DNA of 64,000 nucleotides from the IMG/VR virus record IMGVR_UViG_3300044796_000596, one strand, 5' to 3'. This document shows, piece after piece, positions 1-9,536 of the stretch (positions are counted from its first letter, which is position 1; every line of letters starts with the position of its first letter). Origin of the DNA: an uncultured virus (IMG/VR IMGVR_UViG_3300044796_000596). Lineage: Duplodnaviria > Heunggongvirae > Uroviricota > Caudoviricetes. The translations under genes and the position numbers were made by a program. The notes under the pieces are model-generated. The model ran no database searches, had not been told where the DNA came from, and saw only the letters and a program-made list of their open reading frames with translations.

Positions 1-206
1 CCCGCGGCTCCCCCCGCCCCCCTCCGCGACGCGGCCCGCCGTGCCGCCGAGGGCGCGATGACGGTGTGGACGGACCTCTGCCCCGTGCGCCTCCCCGTCG
101 TCGCGGGCGACGAGAGGTCGCCCGGCTCCGCTCATTGCCCCCGCGCCGCAAGGCCCGGGGGCTTTGGCGGTAGAGGCCCACCCATCGGTGGGCAGGAAAG
201 GAACGA

Positions 207-425
207 ATGGACACGCTTCGCAACAACTTTCACGGCACCGAGGTCCACGTGCGCGACGCCGATCGCACGCTCGGGATTCTGGACAGCCACGACGGCGACT
301 TGAGCAAGGCCGAGAAGGCGCACGCGCGGCGGGTGCGCGACGCGCTCTGCGGCGCCTGGCGCGCGCCCCCGAACGGGAGTGGCTGCACGTGCGGGATCGT
401 CCGCGGACCGCAGGGGGAGCCCTAG
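207..425 (+). CDS. hypothetical protein
   Basis: ATG after a purine-rich AGGAAAGGAA leader; 72 aa with a CxC motif. Confidence 0.5.
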   Translation: MDTLRNNFHGTEVHVRDADRTLGILDSHDGDLSKAEKAHARRVRDALCGAWRAPPNGSGCTCGIVRGPQGEP

Positions 426-479
426 CCATGGCCATCACGTGCGCCAACCACGGAGGTCGAGTCAGGAAGGGCGGCGGGC

Positions 480-995
480 GTGGGTGCTCGCGGACGGCGT
501 GCTGAAGGTGGGCATCGTCTGCCCCGGGTGCTTCGCCAAGTCGTGAGCCCCGCCAAGATCGGCCCGGAGCTCGTGACGCTCCGCCTCGTGCGGACCGCCG
601 TCGATGGAGCCCACGGCAAAGGGACCGTCCGGCTCGCTCTCTCGGTACTCCAGAACGCGACGATGGTCGGCTCGGTTCACGTCCCGCCGGACGGAACGCT
701 CGTCACGGACGAGTACGGATCGACCTTCAACGCGTGGGAGTACGAGGCGCGCGGGGATCCGCGCGAGACGATGGAGGCCGCGATCAAGGCGCTCGGACGC
801 GTCCTGCCGCCCGCGGATTGCCTCTGGAAGAGCCCCTCGCGCACAGCGCTCGCCCACGAGGATCTCCGCCGCGCGCTCGGGCTCGTCATGCTGGCGCTCT
901 ACGAGTACGAGGCCCACGAGGCCCACGAGGCCCACGCCACGGGAACGAGCCCCATGGCTGGCTCCGTGCCGCCGCCGAAGGATGGATCATGCTGA
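480..995 (+). CDS. hypothetical protein (start uncertain)
   Basis: GC3-biased frame; in-frame 9-bp repeat encoding EAH x3; overlaps the next start. Confidence 0.5.
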   Translation: MGARGRRAEGGHRLPRVLRQVVSPAKIGPELVTLRLVRTAVDGAHGKGTVRLALSVLQNATMVGSVHVPPDGTLVTDEYGSTFNAWEYEARGDPRETMEAAIKALGRVLPPADCLWKSPSRTALAHEDLRRALGLVMLALYEYEAHEAHEAHATGTSPMAGSVPPPKDGSC

Positions 996-1624
996 GCACG
1001 CTGAGCACGCTGAAGATCGCGGTGCACGTCCCCCTCGCGGCCGCACTCCGCCAGAACATCGCCAAGCTCGGCGCTGGCTACGTCGAGCTCGGAGACGCCC
1101 ACGTCGCCCGACTCAGCGAGGACGCGAAGGCGATCCTCACGCTGACGCTGCCCGACGAGGAGCGGCGGGCGCACCTCCGTACCGGCGAGATTTTCACGGG
1201 GCACGTCTTCCTGAAGGACCCCCCCCGTCGCCTGGAGGTCGAGACCATGGACGTCGAGCACGTGCTCGAGCAGCTCGAGCGGCTCGGCGCCCTCGCCCGG
1301 GAGCGCCGCGAGCGAGAGGCCGTCGACAAGGCTCGCGCCGAGGCCGAGGCGCCGATGCTCGAGGCCGAGGCGCGCGCGTGGCTCATCGAGCACGGGGACA
1401 AGCTCCCCGAGGGCGACGACTACGCCTTCCACCGCGCGGCGCGGGAGGGCCGGCTGGTCCGCGCCTCCCTCACCGCCTGTCTCGAGCGGAAGCTGACGGC
1501 CCTGATCGAAGAGGGCTGCCGGTCCGCCTGGCTCGTCGAGCGCGCGTACGGCGACGCGGTGCCGCGCGTGGACGTCCCGAGCCGCGAGGACCTCGCTGCT
1601 CCCTGGGGGCGTCTTGGACCGTGA
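989..1624 (+). CDS. hypothetical protein
   Basis: ATG at 989 (MLSTLSTLKIAVH) overlapping the upstream stop; GC3-biased frame. Confidence 0.6.
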   Translation: MLSTLSTLKIAVHVPLAAALRQNIAKLGAGYVELGDAHVARLSEDAKAILTLTLPDEERRAHLRTGEIFTGHVFLKDPPRRLEVETMDVEHVLEQLERLGALARERREREAVDKARAEAEAPMLEAEARAWLIEHGDKLPEGDDYAFHRAAREGRLVRASLTACLERKLTALIEEGCRSAWLVERAYGDAVPRVDVPSREDLAAPWGRLGP

Positions 1625-1809
1625 GCCCGATCTCTCGGCTGAACCTCCGCCCGCTCCACCAGAGGCCGCAGTACCGGACCGGCGTGCGGGTTACGTTCGC
1701 GCACCCGTGGCTCTCGTGGACCCTCGATCAGAACCGCCACGAGCTTCAGTGGAACATCCTCGCGGAGCCCCCGCCGACGGCGTCAGAGCGGGAGGATCGG
1801 GATCGATGA

Positions 1810-1959
1810 GTGGGGATCGCCTGTCGCCTCAGACGCCAGTCGTGTCCCCGACCGAAGTCGCGACCCAAGGCGCTCGACTGGATGTCGCTCGGGAAGCTCT
1901 CGCAAGCAATTCCGCCCGCGTACGCCGAATGGATCGCGACGCGGGCGCCACATCCATGA
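1810..1959 (+). pseudogene. C-terminal remnant of a phage-type DNA cytosine methyltransferase
   Basis: Frame reads ALDWMSLGKLSQAIPPAYAEWIA, resembling the GIDWM...LSQAIPPAYTEWIG C-terminus of phage C5-MTases; no N-terminal motifs; not in the ORF track. Confidence 0.5.
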
Positions 1960-2305
1960 GCACCGGCCCCGCACCGCCCTCAGGAGCACGTGCTGCTTCA
2001 GCAGCGACGGCGCGCCACCGTGCCCGTGCAGGACCGCCGCCTCAGGTTCGCGTGCTTCGAGGCCACGTCTTTGCTCGACCTGATGCGCAAGGTGCGGGTG
2101 CACGAAGGGGCGGCCGGCCATCATGCGCCCGCAGAGCGCCTCGCGCGAGCCCATCGCGGGGGTAGGCAGGCTTCTTGGAGCTCGCAGGCCCCGCCCGACT
2201 TGCCCGAGCGCACCGGAGAGTCTGCGCGGCGGCTTGTTATGCGCCTGCGGCCGTTCCCGCCGTCCGCGAGACGCGGTCGCCGCGGGACGAAGAGCGTTCC
2301 GTAGG

Positions 2306-2803
2306 TCAACCCTGCGGAGCCTGGAGGGCTTCCCTCGCCCAGTGCGCATAGGGGCCGTGGTAGACGACCCACTTCTTCAGCTCCGGGTCATAGCGGAGCG
2401 TCATCACCTGCTGGGTCGCGGGAGCTGGAGACGCGGCAAGCGCGCCAAGCAGACCGCCGATGAGTACGCCGAAGATCATCAAGTCCGAAACGTCTCCGCG
2501 CCGACCCTTGGCGCCTGCGGCGAGTACCCCCCCCATTGCGGCGCCTGCGGCGACCCCCGCGGCGACTCCTGCGGTGCCTGCATTGTCGTCCAGCTCGAAC
2601 CTGGCGACGTTAGCCTCTGGGAACAGCCTCATCCGAACGCGGAATGCTCCCGCGAGCGTCGTCCACACGTTCGTCTCTGCGGGCACGAACCCGTGGTTGG
2701 CCTCGACCTGAAGCTCCTCGACGTCCGACGCGAACACGTCAAGGTAGCGGAACGAGTGTCGGTTCCGGTTGAGCACATCGGCAATATTGGTCAGGTTGAC
2801 CAT
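2306..2803 (-). CDS. hypothetical membrane-associated protein (glycine-zipper-like segments)
   Basis: ATG 2803 (MVNLTNIADV); hydrophobic Gly/Ala stretches. Confidence 0.55.
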   Translation of the reverse strand: MVNLTNIADVLNRNRHSFRYLDVFASDVEELQVEANHGFVPAETNVWTTLAGAFRVRMRLFPEANVARFELDDNAGTAGVAAGVAAGAAMGGVLAAGAKGRRGDVSDLMIFGVLIGGLLGALAASPAPATQQVMTLRYDPELKKWVVYHGPYAHWAREALQAPQG

Positions 2804-3387
2804 GCTCCATTCCCCTAGCGCGTGATCGTCGCTGACGCCCGCACGGCGAAGCGCCAGAGCGACGGCGCGCCTTCCGCATTTCCGTGCGTTGCCGGCTGCC
2901 GCAAGGCGACCCTGGACAAGGAGGTGATGACGGCAACAGGAACGGCGGCGCCGGCCAGAAACGGCGACACCCGGGAGCGCAACGAACGCTTCCCGGGCGC
3001 CTGATTCTGTAACCCAAATTTTACGGCGGTCGCGTGACCGTCCGGTTGATCTTGCGCGCAAGGAGCGTCCTCTGCCGGGGACACTCCGAGCTTCTCACCC
3101 CGACGGCGGGGTTGTCAACGAGATCGTCCGGCGAAGCGTGCCGTTAGAGGTGAACCTCCATGATCCGCTTCAATCGGACCGAGAAAATCGGTCTCGGACT
3201 CGGCGCCCTGGCCCTGGTGGCGATGGCCTTCGCGGCCAGCGCCACCACCACCGGCGAGCCCGAGGGCCCCTACCCGCTGGGCGGCTGAACAAGATTCGGG
3301 CACTTGCGACCCTCCCGAGGACGCATCGGCTTACCCTGCCCCCTTTCTTTCTACGTGCGGCAGCCTAATGCTCTACAAAGTTCTGCC

Positions 3388-3681
3388 ATGATCCTGACCG
3401 TCCGCACAACCAAGGGCGAAATTCTGATCCGCCTCGCTTGGAGCAGCGGCCGGACGGTTACGGACTTCGTCGCCGACGACCTCCGGACAGCCGTGGACAA
3501 GTGGCTGGCGGAGGGGCTCGACGAGTTGGTCGGTCGCGGCATCGAGGCCCAACCGCGTCACACGTCGCCAACGGAACCAACGTTCTTGCCGCGGCTGGGC
3601 GAGTACCTTGAGCGGCAATTCCCAGTTGGCGCCGAGGTCCCGGGCACTGCTACGTGGCGAGCGAGTCCCTCTACCACCTGA
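3388..3681 (+). CDS. hypothetical protein
   Basis: ATG 3388 (MILTVRTTKGEIL); protein-like composition. Confidence 0.45.
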   Translation: MILTVRTTKGEILIRLAWSSGRTVTDFVADDLRTAVDKWLAEGLDELVGRGIEAQPRHTSPTEPTFLPRLGEYLERQFPVGAEVPGTATWRASPSTT

Positions 3682-4037
3682 AGGGCGGCCCGAAGTCCGG
3701 CCTCCACCCGATGAACGTGCAGCACGAGGGGACGCAGCACTGGTTTCTGAAGAGCGACGCCGGCGGCACGCTCATCGGCGTCGATCAGGCCAACGGCGGT
3801 AACACGACGTACGACGAGAACGGCGATCCGATCAGCTCTGGATTCGGCACGCTCGGCGTCACCGGGATCGGTCTCGCCGCCGGCAGCGCCGTACCCCTCG
3901 CCATCGGCATCCCGCTCTGGGTAGTCGGCGCCAGGGGGGAGGCGGTGCCCGTCGCTGGCGTTCCACGCCCGAACTTCGCCGTCATCACGCGGTCCGGCGT
4001 TCAGACGAAGACCGCCACGCTGTCGTGGAGCTTCTAG
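3654..4037 (+). CDS. hypothetical protein
   Basis: Strong GC3 bias, protein-like composition. Confidence 0.55.
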   Translation: MASESLYHLKGGPKSGLHPMNVQHEGTQHWFLKSDAGGTLIGVDQANGGNTTYDENGDPISSGFGTLGVTGIGLAAGSAVPLAIGIPLWVVGARGEAVPVAGVPRPNFAVITRSGVQTKTATLSWSF

Positions 4038-4256
4038 CGGCACCCCGTCGCTAACGATCGGCGAGTCCCATCATGTCGTACCACCGCCGACGCCACTCGG
4101 GGTGCGCCCAGAAGCGCTCGCCGTAGAGCCCACGCAAGCGGTCGCGCCACGCGGGGCGCTCCCAGATGTACTCGGACTCGCCGCCCAGGATCTCGCCGGT
4201 GTCGCGCGAGGGCGCGTCGAGGACTTGCCAGACCTCGCACGGCGCCTGGCGAAGAG

Positions 4257-4953
4257 CAACCGCGAGGCGATGGACCTCGTGGGCCCGGTCGTGCTCGACC
4301 TCGTCGGCGGCTAGTCGACTTAGGCGGCACGGCTCCGAGCCGCCCGCGTCTTGCGCTTGCGCGCGTGCTCGATGACGAACGGCGGAGCGATGCCCGGGGC
4401 CTGCCGCACGGCGCCGAGAACCTCCGCCCATGCAGCGCACTCGGCTCGACTTGGGCTTCGTGCCTCCGCCATCGCGCGTGCAACCACGAGCCCACGCAGC
4501 GTGAAGTCGTGCTGCGGGGAAATCGCTGCCGCCCCGCGTTCCCAATCCGCGACGGTCACGCGGTTCACGTTCATCCGGTCAGCGATTTCCTGCTGGCTCA
4601 GACGAAGGCGGCGCCGCAAGAATCGCGCGAGGTCCCCGGGGAGCAGTTGCTTCATCTGCACGATCGCGAAAACCAAGGATCGGAGCGCATCGTTGATCAC
4701 GTCGCCAGGGATGGTCTCGCCTCCGCACGCCTCGCACCGAAACCCGCGAGCGTCGTGGAGGGTCGACGGGATGCCCGCGAACGCACGAAAGTCAAAATCC
4801 TTCAGGGTCGCTCGCTTCAGGATCCCGCCGCACGTGCACTTGAGCATCATGTAGCCGTACACTACGCACGATCGGCCCTTCGCGCTAGGTCTACGTCAAC
4901 CGCGAGGCGATGGACCCTCGTGAGCCCGGTCGTGCTCGACCTCGTCGGCGGCT
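4257..4953. repeat. ~56-bp direct repeat pair (4257-4312, 4897-4953) flanking the MqsA-like gene
   Basis: caaccgcgaggcgatggacc(c)tcgtg(g/a)gcccggtcgtgctcgacctcgtcggcggct occurs twice, with 1 indel and 1 mismatch. Confidence 0.9.
4320..4850 (-). CDS. MqsA/YgiT-type antitoxin (Zn finger + XRE HTH)
   Basis: CxC...CxxCG Zn ligands followed by RFLRRRLRLSQQEIADRMNVNRVTVADWERG HTH. Confidence 0.8.
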   Translation of the reverse strand: MMLKCTCGGILKRATLKDFDFRAFAGIPSTLHDARGFRCEACGGETIPGDVINDALRSLVFAIVQMKQLLPGDLARFLRRRLRLSQQEIADRMNVNRVTVADWERGAAAISPQHDFTLRGLVVARAMAEARSPSRAECAAWAEVLGAVRQAPGIAPPFVIEHARKRKTRAARSRAA

Positions 4954-4977
4954 GGGGAGCGGGTCGACGTGTGGCTA

Positions 4978-5244
4978 TCAGTGGACGGCGACGTGGGCGG
5001 CGTACGAAACGGGGCCCATGGCGACCTCCAAGAGGGCCATGAGGGCGGCGCGCGCCGTGCTGCGGTTGCCGGCGATGGCGCCCACCCGATACAGGCCGCC
5101 TGCACGGTAGTTCACGATCGTGTTCGCGATCGTCCCGCCAGGACCGGGGACGGACAGGACGATGTCGTGGCCGAACTTCGCCGCGTTGAAGATCGCGACG
5201 CAGAGACCGAGGTTTTTGACGAAGACGGCGTCCTTGGCGTTCAC
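4978..5244 (-). CDS. hypothetical protein
   Basis: GTG overlapping the upstream stop; GC3 bias. Confidence 0.5.
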   Translation of the reverse strand: MNAKDAVFVKNLGLCVAIFNAAKFGHDIVLSVPGPGGTIANTIVNYRAGGLYRVGAIAGNRSTARAALMALLEVAMGPVSYAAHVAVH

Positions 5245-5849
5245 GATCCAACACCCATCGCCTGGACGCGCTTCCGCCACCAGATCCGGTTCAACTGAGG
5301 CCGGACGCCGAAGCTCGGCGCGAGCCTGTCCGCAACGAGGTTTGCGAGTTGCTCCTCCGCGCGCGCCTCGTGCGCCGCATCATCGGTCATGTACTGCTCG
5401 CTCTTCGGCTCGCTCCGGAACGCCCGCGCGATGTAGGGCGACGACACGAGTTCCAGATGCGTCAGCTCGTGCAGCATGAGCCAGAGCGCGGACCCCTTCG
5501 TCTCCGTCCCGTCCACGAAGATGTGGGTCTTGCCGTCCTTCGCCCAGGCGCGCAGCAGATACGTCCGTCTTCCCGGGAGATCCTGGCCGTCGTGCGTCGC
5601 GCGCCAGACCTCGTGAACGCGTGCCCGTGGCCAGAGAAACATCTCGACCGAGCCGCTCAGGAGATCCTCGATCGCGCGGGTCTCCTCCGGAGTCGGTGCC
5701 CACGGCTCCGTCCCGGGGGCCACGTGCACCGTGAACCTGACCGGATCGACCGGATCGACCGGATCGACCGGATCGACCGGGTCGAAAGAAGCATCGTGTC
5801 CGCTCAGGCCATCCAGGCGGAGGCCAAGCACATGGGCGTCGAGGCTCAT
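5241..5849 (-). CDS. zincin-like metallopeptidase (HExxH)
   Basis: LMLHELTHL plus downstream EEQLAN; TACGAT 7 nt before the ATG. Confidence 0.65.
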   Translation of the reverse strand: MSLDAHVLGLRLDGLSGHDASFDPVDPVDPVDPVDPVRFTVHVAPGTEPWAPTPEETRAIEDLLSGSVEMFLWPRARVHEVWRATHDGQDLPGRRTYLLRAWAKDGKTHIFVDGTETKGSALWLMLHELTHLELVSSPYIARAFRSEPKSEQYMTDDAAHEARAEEQLANLVADRLAPSFGVRPQLNRIWWRKRVQAMGVGS

Positions 5850-5964
5850 GGCGTCGATCGTATCGGAGATCGGAGATCGTGGTTGGGGATCGCCGTGCGT
5901 TTCAGCGGCTCGTTTTGTCCCGCCCGGCGTCGGAGGTCGGAGACGAGGGCGCGGGCGTGCCCGG

Positions 5965-8900
5965 TCACTTTTCGCTCTGCGCGGCGGCCCAGCCAAGAGC
6001 GACGCCGAGAGCGAGCACCACAAGCGTGCTCGTGTCGTCCGATTCGGGTTCGGTCGGCTCGCGCTCTTGAGGCGGCCTCCTCGGGACCGGCCGGCCGGGC
6101 GCGGGCACCCACACCCATCGTTCCTTCCCTCGTTCCTTCGGCGCGCCCGATGCAGCCGGGGCCGTCTGCGCGTGCACGGGTACCGACGCAAGCGCCTCCT
6201 CCACGGACACCTGTGCGGCCGCCTCCGTCGCTCCTGCGTTCGCTCCCGCAGGCGCTCCAGGCGCTCCCGTCGGCCCTCCCGTAGGTGCGCTCGCACCTCG
6301 ACCAGATCGTTGAAGGAGTCCAGCGCGGGTCACCACGGGCACCCCTGGGGCCGCTCGAGGCATGGAGTTGATCAGGGCCGTGATTTCGCGCAGGACATTT
6401 TCCACGGTAAGGGGCGGCGCGCCTGGACCTGGACCTGGACCTGGACCTGGACCTGGACCTGGGGGCGGCGCGCCAGCGCCTGCAACGCCAAGCGTCGGAG
6501 GAAGCGGAGGGCTGCCCGGCGGAGCCGCTCCGGCAGCCTCTTGCGCCGTCTGGGAAGCTGCGGCGACACGGACCCGCTTCTCCACGAACTCCATCCGCCG
6601 CGTGATCGCCTCGATCATGAGCGCGAGCTCGTCGAGGCTCGTCGGTCGCGCGGAGCCTGGAGGCGGCGCGACCATCGCAAGGAGCTTCTCGACGCTGGGG
6701 ACTTCGTCCCCACCAAGCGAGACGAGCTTCCTGTTGAGCTCCGCATGGCGCTCCGCGGAATCCTCTGCCTCGCGTTCTCGCTTCGCGCGCTCCTCCCTGC
6801 GATCCTCCTCCTCGCGTTCGCGCTGCTCCCGTGGGATCCACCCGCCACCACCACCACCACGCCCGAACGCGGGTGCAGGCTGGTAGAACGGCGGCGGGGG
6901 GGGCGGCGGCGGCGGCGGCGGGGGCTCCACATACCCGAACACCCGCCCGATCATCTCATCCGTCGCGATCCCGACGCCGCGGAGCGTGACGAGGTTGCCG
7001 ACCGTCGGGAGCCCGAGGGTCTCTTCGCTCGCGATCCCGACGCCTTGGGCCGTGACCGCATGTCCGAGGTAGCCGGTCGCAACGGTCTCGTCACTTCCGA
7101 TGCCGGTGGGCGCCACCGTATGGGTGTTTTCGGGCGTACTGAGAACCTCGCCCGACGCGATGCCCGAGGGCACGATCGCCGGGCCGGTATAGGGCTCCCC
7201 GAAGCTCTCTTCGCTCGGGATGCCCGCGGGGCCCGCCGTGACCGTCATCGTCGGCGAGGCGAGGCTCTCGTCGCTCGAGATGCCAAGGCCGCTCGCTACG
7301 AACGTGATCGCGGACGCTCCAACCGTCTCGTTCGATGCGATGCCCGAGGGCACGATCGCCGGACCGACGTAGGGCTCTCCGAAGCTCTCTTCGCTCGGGA
7401 TGCCCGCGGCTGTCGTCCCGACCTCGGTGATGACCGCGCCAACCGCCTCCGCGCTCGCAATGCCCGCCGTTCCGATCGCGGGTCCTACGAAAGGCGCACC
7501 GAGGGCCTCCGCGCTCGCAATCCCGCTCGCGGTCGCGCTCGTACCCGTCTGCGCGGCGCCGAGGACCTCCGCGCTCGCGATGCCCGCGGGAGCCGCGCCG
7601 AGGCCCGTCTGTGCGACGCCGAGGCTCTCGTCGCTCGCAATCCCGCTCGCGGTCGCGCGCGCGCCCGTTTGCGCGGCGCCGAGGACCTCCGCGCTCGCGA
7701 TGCCCGCGGGAGCCGCGCCAAGGCCCGTCTGCGCAGCACCGAGGACCTCCGCGCTCGCGATACCCGCAAGGACCGCTCCAACTCCCGCCTGGGGCGTGCC
7801 GAGCGACTCCGCGCTCGCGATGCCTACGGGAGCCGCGCTCGGACCCATCTGCGCAGCGCCGAGAGCTTCCGCGCTCGCGATGCCCGCGGGAGCCGCGCCA
7901 AGGCCCACCTGCGCAGCACCCATTGCTTCCGCGCTCGCGATGCCCGCGGGAGCCGCGCTCGATCCCATCTGCGCGGCGCCGAGGGCCTCTGCGCTCGCGA
8001 TGCCCGCGGGAGCCGCGCTCGGACCCATCTGCGCAGCGCCGAGAGCTTCCGCGCTCGCGATGCCTGCGGGAGCCGCGCCGAGGCCCGTCTGCGCAGCGCC
8101 CATTGCTTCCGCGCTCGCGATGCCCGCGGGAGCCGCGCTCGTGCCCATCTGCGCAGCGCCGAGGGCCTCTGCGCTCGCGATGCCGCTCGGCGTCGCGCCT
8201 TGGCCCGTCTGCGCAGCGCCGAGAGCCTCCGCGCTCGCGATGCCCGCGGGGGCCGCGCTCGGACCCATCTGCGCAGCGCCGATGGATTCCGCGCTCGCGA
8301 TACCCGCGAGGACCGCGCCCGTGCCCGTCTGCGCAGCGCCGATGGATTCTGCGCTTGCGATGCCTGCGGGAGCCGCGCCTTGGCCCATCTGCGCGGCGCC
8401 GAGGGCCTCCTCGCTCGCAATCCCGCTCGCGGTCGCGCTCGCGCCCATCTGCGCGGCGCCGAGAGTCTCTGCGCTCGCGATGCCCGCGGGGGCCGCGCTC
8501 GGACCCATCTGCGCGGCGCCAAGGGCCTCTGCGCTCGCGATGCCCGCGGGAGCCGCGCCTTGGCCCATCTGCGCGGCGCCGAGAGCCTCCGCGCTCGCAA
8601 TCCCGCTCGCGGTCGCGCTCGCGCCCATCTGCGCGGCGCCGAGAGTCTCTGCGCTCGCGATGCCCGCGGGGGCCGCGCTCGGACCCATCTGCGCGGCGCC
8701 AAGGGCCTCTGCGCTCGCGATGCCCGCGGGAGCCGCGCCTTGGCCCATCTGCGCGGCGCCGAGAGCCTCCGCGCTCGCAATGCCGATCGCCGTCGCGCTC
8801 GCGCCCATCTGCGCGGCGCCGAGAGTCTCTGCGCTCGCGATGCCCGCGGGGGCCGCGCTCGGACCCATCTGCGCGGCGCCAAGGGCCTCTGCGCTCGCGA

Positions 8901-9399
8901 TGCCCGCGGGAGCCGCGCCTTGGCCCATCTGCGCGGCGCCGAGGGCCTCCGCGGTCGCGATGCCGCTCGGCGTCGCGCCTTGGCCCGTCTGCGCGGCGCC
9001 GAAAGCCTCCTCGCTTGCGATGCCGTTCGCGGCGGAGATGGAACCGACCTGTGCGACGCCGAGGCTCTCGTCGCTCGCAACGCCGATTCCCGTAGCGTTG
9101 GTGCCGATCTGCGCGGCGCCGATCGCCTCCTCGCTGGCGATCCCGAGGGGACCCGCTGCAAGCCCAACAAGGGCTGCACCGATCGTCTCCTCGCTGGCGA
9201 TGCCGCTCGCCGCGACGCTCGCGCCGAGCAGCGCGGCGGCGACGCTCTCTTCGCTGGCAATGCCGATGAGGACGAACGACTGCGCCCCCGTCGGCGGAGG
9301 GATCGCGGTGACGTCGAACCACCCGGAGGGCCCGGCTGCGGTGACGTCGAACCACCCCGCTCGTACCGCCGTGACGTCGAACCAGCCAGCGCGAGCCAT
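5965..9399 (-). CDS. large repeat protein (20-aa GIASAEALG repeats, Pro-rich C-terminal part); possibly virion/surface structural
   Basis: 1144-aa ORF with about 35-40 repeats of PAGIASAEALGAAQ(M/T)GxxAx, poly-Pro, and a hydrophobic C-terminus. Confidence 0.75.
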   Translation of the reverse strand: MARAGWFDVTAVRAGWFDVTAAGPSGWFDVTAIPPPTGAQSFVLIGIASEESVAAALLGASVAASGIASEETIGAALVGLAAGPLGIASEEAIGAAQIGTNATGIGVASDESLGVAQVGSISAANGIASEEAFGAAQTGQGATPSGIATAEALGAAQMGQGAAPAGIASAEALGAAQMGPSAAPAGIASAETLGAAQMGASATAIGIASAEALGAAQMGQGAAPAGIASAEALGAAQMGPSAAPAGIASAETLGAAQMGASATASGIASAEALGAAQMGQGAAPAGIASAEALGAAQMGPSAAPAGIASAETLGAAQMGASATASGIASEEALGAAQMGQGAAPAGIASAESIGAAQTGTGAVLAGIASAESIGAAQMGPSAAPAGIASAEALGAAQTGQGATPSGIASAEALGAAQMGTSAAPAGIASAEAMGAAQTGLGAAPAGIASAEALGAAQMGPSAAPAGIASAEALGAAQMGSSAAPAGIASAEAMGAAQVGLGAAPAGIASAEALGAAQMGPSAAPVGIASAESLGTPQAGVGAVLAGIASAEVLGAAQTGLGAAPAGIASAEVLGAAQTGARATASGIASDESLGVAQTGLGAAPAGIASAEVLGAAQTGTSATASGIASAEALGAPFVGPAIGTAGIASAEAVGAVITEVGTTAAGIPSEESFGEPYVGPAIVPSGIASNETVGASAITFVASGLGISSDESLASPTMTVTAGPAGIPSEESFGEPYTGPAIVPSGIASGEVLSTPENTHTVAPTGIGSDETVATGYLGHAVTAQGVGIASEETLGLPTVGNLVTLRGVGIATDEMIGRVFGYVEPPPPPPPPPPPPFYQPAPAFGRGGGGGGWIPREQREREEEDRREERAKREREAEDSAERHAELNRKLVSLGGDEVPSVEKLLAMVAPPPGSARPTSLDELALMIEAITRRMEFVEKRVRVAAASQTAQEAAGAAPPGSPPLPPTLGVAGAGAPPPGPGPGPGPGPGPGAPPLTVENVLREITALINSMPRAAPGVPVVTRAGLLQRSGRGASAPTGGPTGAPGAPAGANAGATEAAAQVSVEEALASVPVHAQTAPAASGAPKERGKERWVWVPAPGRPVPRRPPQEREPTEPESDDTSTLVVLALGVALGWAAAQSEK
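7000..9265. repeat. 60-bp coding tandem repeat array
   Basis: Consecutive 60-nt lines align (e.g. gagrgcctccgcgctcgcgatgcccgcggg...). Confidence 0.95.
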
Positions 9400-9536
9400 G
9401 ATGCTAGTGGTCCTTGGGTCCTTACGGTCCTTGCAGCCTTACGGTCCTTGCGGCCCTTGCGGCCCTTGGGTCAGCGGAGAGAAATCCGCCTATTCTTGGG
9501 GATGATCAGGCCCTTCCACCGTTCGGTGCAGGGGGC

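Noticed and set aside
7000..9265. Regular 60-bp repeats as a CRISPR array
   Set aside because: No unique spacers; the units are contiguous, frame-preserving and encode a protein repeat; no cas genes seen.
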